Source: an uncultured Acidobacteriota bacterium
Lineage (GTDB): Bacteria; Acidobacteriota; Vicinamibacteria; Marinacidobacterales; SMYC01
Direction of reading: 5' to 3'
Assembly (NCBI GenBank): GCA_963820855.1
Contig: CAWGBY010000003.1
Coordinates: 186,033-250,032 of the forward strand
DNA: 64,000 bases
The notes under the pieces were generated by a model. That model had not been told where the DNA came from. It saw only the letters and a program-made list of their open reading frames with translations, and searched no databases. Positions within the stretch are counted from its first letter, which is position 1; every line of letters begins with the position of its first letter. Below, piece by piece: positions 60,164 to 64,000 of this stretch. The translations under genes were made by a program, and so were the position numbers.

Positions 60164-62801
60164 CTATTCCGCGCGCAGAACGGCGATCGGATCGAGCCGC
60201 GTCGCGCGCCGAGCGGGCAGGTAGCAGGCGAGGCTTCCGACGATGCCGAGGCCCGCCGCGACCGCGCCGAGCGTAACCGCGTCGGTCGGTGCGATACCGA
60301 AGAGGAGCGCCGCGACGAAGCGAGCGAGGCCGAGAGAGCTCGGGACACCGAGGAGGATGCCGAGCCCCACGAGAATGGCGCCCCGCCGGTAGACGAAACC
60401 AAGGATGCCGCGGCGATCGCAGCCAAGCGCCATGCGAATTCCAATCTCCCGCCGGCTCTCGCTCACGGAGTTGGAAACGATTCCATAGAGACCCACCACC
60501 GCGAGCGCCCCGGCGACCAGCGCGAACAAACCGACGAGCGACAGAGCGAAGCGGTTCTGAGCGAGATGGTCGGCGACGTAGGCGCTCATCGCGCGGGGCC
60601 GAGCGAGCGGAACGGTGGGATCGAGCCGCGCCAGCTCCGCTCGAAGAGAGGGGACCAGGGTGTCTGGATCGCCCTTCGTACGGACGACGAAGTCGACCTC
60701 CCAGTCGTTCCAGGACCAGCCGCGCGAGTCGAAGTAGATCGTCTCCTGAGGAGGCTCGCGGAGATCCGCGTATCGCACGTCGGCCACGACTCCGATCACC
60801 TCGAAGCTCTCGAGCCCGCCTCCCCAGGGCGTCGACCGAAGCGTGCGGCCGACGGCGCTTTCTCCGGGGAAAGCGCGGTCCGCAAGAGCCCGGCTCACCA
60901 CGACGACATGCAGGTCTTCCGCCGACGAGAAATCGCGTCCCTCGAGAAGGGGAATCCGCATCGTCTCGAAGAAACCCTCGGTCGCGAGCCGGTACTCGGC
61001 GTAGGCGCGGTCCGTCTCGTAAATGCCGCCGCCGGCATAGATGTTCGACCACACTCGCCGCGACAGCGGAAGAGGCCAGACGACCCCCGCGCTCTGCACT
61101 CCGGGAAGACTCTCGATCCGGGCCTCGAGCTCGCGGAAGAAGCGGTCGGTGCCCGCCGGCCGCTCGTATTTCGTGCCCGGCGCGGATACCGAGAAAGCGA
61201 GGACCCCGTCGGCGTCAAAGCCAGGGTGAACTTCCGCGAGCGACTTCAAGCTCGTTCCAAGGAGGGCCGCCCCGGTGCAGAGAACGAGCGAGAGCGATAG
61301 CTGGAGCACGACCAGAGCGCGCGTTAGAAACACGTGTCCCCGGTTGCCGGTGCTCCGCGATGCCGACAGCATTTCCGCTGCCGAGCTTCGACTGGCCGCG
61401 GTGAGGGCCGGGGCGAGGCCGAAGAGGAGCGTCGCGCCGACGGTAACGGCGATCGCGAAGGCCAAGACGGGAGGATGGAGGGAGATCGGGTCCAGGCGGG
61501 GAAGGTTCTCGGGACGGAAGCTCTCGAGAATCCGCGTGGCTCCGAGCGCGACGGCGATCCCGGCGGCTCCGCCGGTAGCCCCGAGGAGAATGGCTTCGGT
61601 GAACAGGAGCCGCGCCACTCGCGCACGGGACGCGCCGAGCGCGATCCGGAGCGCGATCTCGTTCTCCCGCGCCCGCGCCCGGGCGAGCATCAGGCTCATG
61701 ACGTTGCAGCAGCCGACGAGGAGCACCAGAGCGACCGAGCCCATGAGAAGGAGGAGCTGCTGCCGAACCGGGGCGACCACGGCGTCGTGAAGAGGAATGG
61801 GCTCGTACTCGAGCCCCGCTCGGGAATACTCCGTCGCCTCCTCACGGCGCGTCCGAGCGAGGTTGTTCAATTCGTCTCTCGCCTGGATGGGCGTCGCGTC
61901 CTCGTCCAGCCGGGCGAGGACGTCGAAAATGGCGAAGTTGAGCCCTTCGCTTCCCCAGGCGTCTCCGTTCTGCCACCAGTCGTCGGGCACTTTCCAGACG
62001 TCGACCTGCGACGGAAACCGCGGGAGGTGGAGCACGAAGCCGGGTGGGAGCACTCCCGCGACGGTGTAGGGATGGCCGTCGAGGCTCACGACGCTTCCGA
62101 GGATCTGGTCGCTCGCACCGAAGGCGTCTCGCCAGAGCGAATGGCTCAGCACGAGCGTTCCGGGCGGCGCCTCCGGCGTGAAGCCCGTCCCTAGCAGGGG
62201 AGTGACGCCGAGGAGCTCGAAGAGATTGGTCGAGCTCCAACCCACCTGGACCTGCAGGGGAATTTCGATTCCGGTGAGGTTCTGCCGTATCGAAGTCACC
62301 GCCGCCACGTCGGCGAAGGCACGGCTCCCCTCCGCGATTCGCTTGAAGTCGCTTCCGGTGTGGCGGGCCCGCTCGACGCCGTCTTCCGGTCCAGCGCGCG
62401 TTGACGTAGAAGATTCGTTCGGGCTGGTAGTAAGAAAAGGACGTGAGAAGAACGCTATCGACGACGCTGAAGATCGCCGTCGCGAGTCCGATGGCGAGGG
62501 CGAGAGTGAGAACCACGACCGCGCTCGCGAGAGGCGTTGCGCGGAGGCTTCGACTCGCCGGACGTAGATCGCTGAATAGGGCGGCCGGGGCTCGATGGCT
62601 GCGCCTGGGGCGCCGCTCCCGAATGCGCATCCGGAGGGCACTCGACGCCAGATTGACCGCCGTCCCGGTCCAAAAAAACAGGGCTCTCCTCGTCGAGCGT
62701 CGGGAGTCCTCTTCGATGAAGTCGAGGATCTCCTCCGCTCTCGCGTCCCGGAACTCCCGCGGATAGAGCCGGAGGAGGAGGCGGAGAAGCCGGTCTTTCA
62801 C
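60164..62801 (-). CDS. ABC transporter permease, ADOP type; GTG start overlaps the PadR stop (GTGA); frameshift near 62390
   Basis: Prefix domain LLRLYPREFRDARAEEIL..., LFSDLRPASRSLRATPLASAVVVLTLALAIGLATAIFSVVDSVLL. Two FtsX bundles, C-terminal ...LDPIAVLRAE. Confidence 0.8.
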
Positions 62802-63151
62802 GTCGACTCCGGGTCGCGAATCAGGTCTCTGGCACGGGCGTACGAGACGATCTCCTGCAGCCGCTCGAGCTCCTGCTTCAGCCGATCGCGGCCTTCCTTC
62901 GTGAGGCGATAGTTCCGGCGCCTCGGGTCGGATTTCGTCCGCGAGCCGCGTCGTGCCGAGGCCTCGATCCATCCCGCGCTCTCCATGCGGTGGATGGCTT
63001 CATAGAGCGTTCCAGCGCCGAGGCTCAGCCCTCCCGAAGTGCGCTCCTCGACGTCGAGCTTGATCCCGTAGCCGTGACGCTCGCCTTCCGCGAGAGAGAG
63101 GAGCACATGGAGCGCGGCGGGGGTCAGGAGCTCACGTGGGGTTCGGGTCAT
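62798..63151 (-). CDS. PadR-family transcriptional regulator
   Basis: LTPAALHVLLSLAEGERHGYGIKLDVEERTSGG...LYEAIHRMESAGWIEA. Confidence 0.8.
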   Translation of the reverse strand: MTRTPRELLTPAALHVLLSLAEGERHGYGIKLDVEERTSGGLSLGAGTLYEAIHRMESAGWIEASARRGSRTKSDPRRRNYRLTKEGRDRLKQELERLQEIVSYARARDLIRDPEST

Positions 63152-63163
63152 CGTCGTCTCCGT

Positions 63164-63196
63164 TTATCGGCGTTATATCGGTGACCGGTATATCGG
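63164..63196. promoter_or_regulatory. Three direct repeats of TATCGG(T/C) in the divergent PadR / S10-peptidase intergenic region; candidate operator
   Basis: ttTATCGGcg (63164-70), ttaTATCGGtg (63174-81), gtaTATCGGta (63188-96). Confidence 0.3.
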
Positions 63197-63271
63197 TAAC
63201 CGAGTATAGGCGCGCGCGTCCCTTCCGTCAAGCGCGGTAGACTACCGGCAGTTTTCCAAGGAGTTCGAGTC

Positions 63272-64000
63272 ATGATGTTCGTGTTGCTCCTCGCTACTTT
63301 CGCGCTCATCCAGGAGGAGGAGAAGAAGACTCAGCCGCCGGCGGAGGAAAAGCCGCCTGTCGTGACCCAGCATGAGGTCCGTCTGAACGGCAACCTTCTG
63401 CGGTACCAGGTGTCGACCGGCAAGATGCCCATCCGCAAGGATAACGGCGAGGCCGCAGGGCGAGATTTTTTACATGGCCTATACCCTCGAGGGAGGCTCC
63501 GGACGGCGATTCGCGACCCCTCACGTTCTCGTTCAACGGCGGGCCGGGATCGTCGTCGGTCTGGCTTCATCTCGGAATGCTCGGTCCGAAACGCGTGCCG
63601 ATGCTCGCTGACGGCGGAATGCCGGCGCCTCCCTATCGGCTCGTCGACAACGAGTACAGCTGGCTCGATCTCACGGACATCGTGTTCATCGACCCGGTGG
63701 GAACCGGTTTCAGCCGTCCCGTCGTCGCCGGAGAAGGGAAAGGAGTTCTGGGGCCTCGAGCAGGATATCGAGTCGGTCGCCGAGTTCATCCGGCTCTACC
63801 TGACGCGCCACGAGCGCTGGTCGTCCCCGCTCTACCTCATCGGAGAGAGCTACGGAACGACGCGGGCCGCGGGCCTCTCCGGCTATCTCGTCGATCGATC
63901 CGGAGTCGCGTTCAACGGCGTCATCCTCGTATCGAGCGTCCTGAACTTTCAGACGATTCGTTTCGCCGAGGGAAACGACCTCCCGTATCTGACGTACCTT
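63272..64000 (+). CDS. Secreted peptidase S10 (serine carboxypeptidase) family protein; 3' end beyond the window; frameshifted
   Basis: Signal peptide MMFVLLLATFAL. LTFSFNGGPGSSSVWLHLG (S10 FNGGPG motif). LIGESYGTTRAAG (catalytic Ser motif GESYG). Confidence 0.65.
   Translation, partial: MMFVLLLATFALIQEEEKKTQPPAEEKPPVVTQHEVRLNGNLLRYQVSTGKMPIRKDNGEAAGRDFLHGLYPRGRLRTAIRDPSRSRSTAGRDRRRSGFISECSVRNACRCSLTAECRRLPIGSSTTSTAGSISRTSCSSTRWEPVSAVPSSPEKGKEFWGLEQDIESVAEFIRLYLTRHERWSSPLYLIGESYGTTRAAGLSGYLVDRSGVAFNGVILVSSVLNFQTIRFAEGNDLPYLTYL

Overview
High-GC (roughly 68-70%) chromosomal segment that looks Acidobacteriota-like: three FtsX-family permeases with duplicated FtsX domains (the Acidobacteria-typical ADOP type), two of them translationally coupled to PadR regulators; a TonB-dependent receptor with an N-terminal carboxypeptidase-regulatory-like domain next to TonB; a type IV pilin-like domain; several PQQ-like beta-propellers. 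The window is dominated by transport and amino-acid/amine metabolism: four APC-family permeases, a PLP-dependent decarboxylase, a TAT-secreted FAD amine oxidase, two D-aminoacylases, a nucleoside hydrolase, PiT plus a DUF47 regulator, and DedA. Housekeeping genes are also present: Tex, EttA, a FadB-like fatty-acid oxidation enzyme, threonine synthase, and an ECF sigma/anti-sigma pair. A lower-GC inserted island of about 7 kb (about 16.9-23.9 kb) carries a DUF222/HNH endonuclease, a 734-bp AT-rich non-coding stretch, three small-molecule tailoring enzymes (an acyl-CoA-dehydrogenase-fold flavin monooxygenase, an O-methyltransferase-like SAM methyltransferase, and a BBE-like FAD oxidase) and an intact IS630-family element with 14-bp inverted repeats and a TA target duplication. 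Most high-GC genes, including conserved housekeeping ones (Tex, EttA, FadB), are broken across reading frames by single-base indels. This points to sequencing or assembly indel errors rather than real pseudogenes, so all coordinates for those genes are approximate. Unusual gene architectures worth follow-up are: (1) a peptidase-C39-like domain fused to TPR and an Omp85-type beta-barrel, co-operonic with a small secreted protein that ends in a poly-Ile hydrophobic tail; (2) a four-TM membrane anchor fused to a type IV pilin-like domain that lacks a prepilin cleavage site, followed by a secreted protein with an internal tandem duplication; (3) an APC-fold permease with a USP-like C-terminal domain flanked by two TrkA (RCK) proteins; (4) a TAT-exported amine oxidase translationally coupled to a PQQ beta-propeller.
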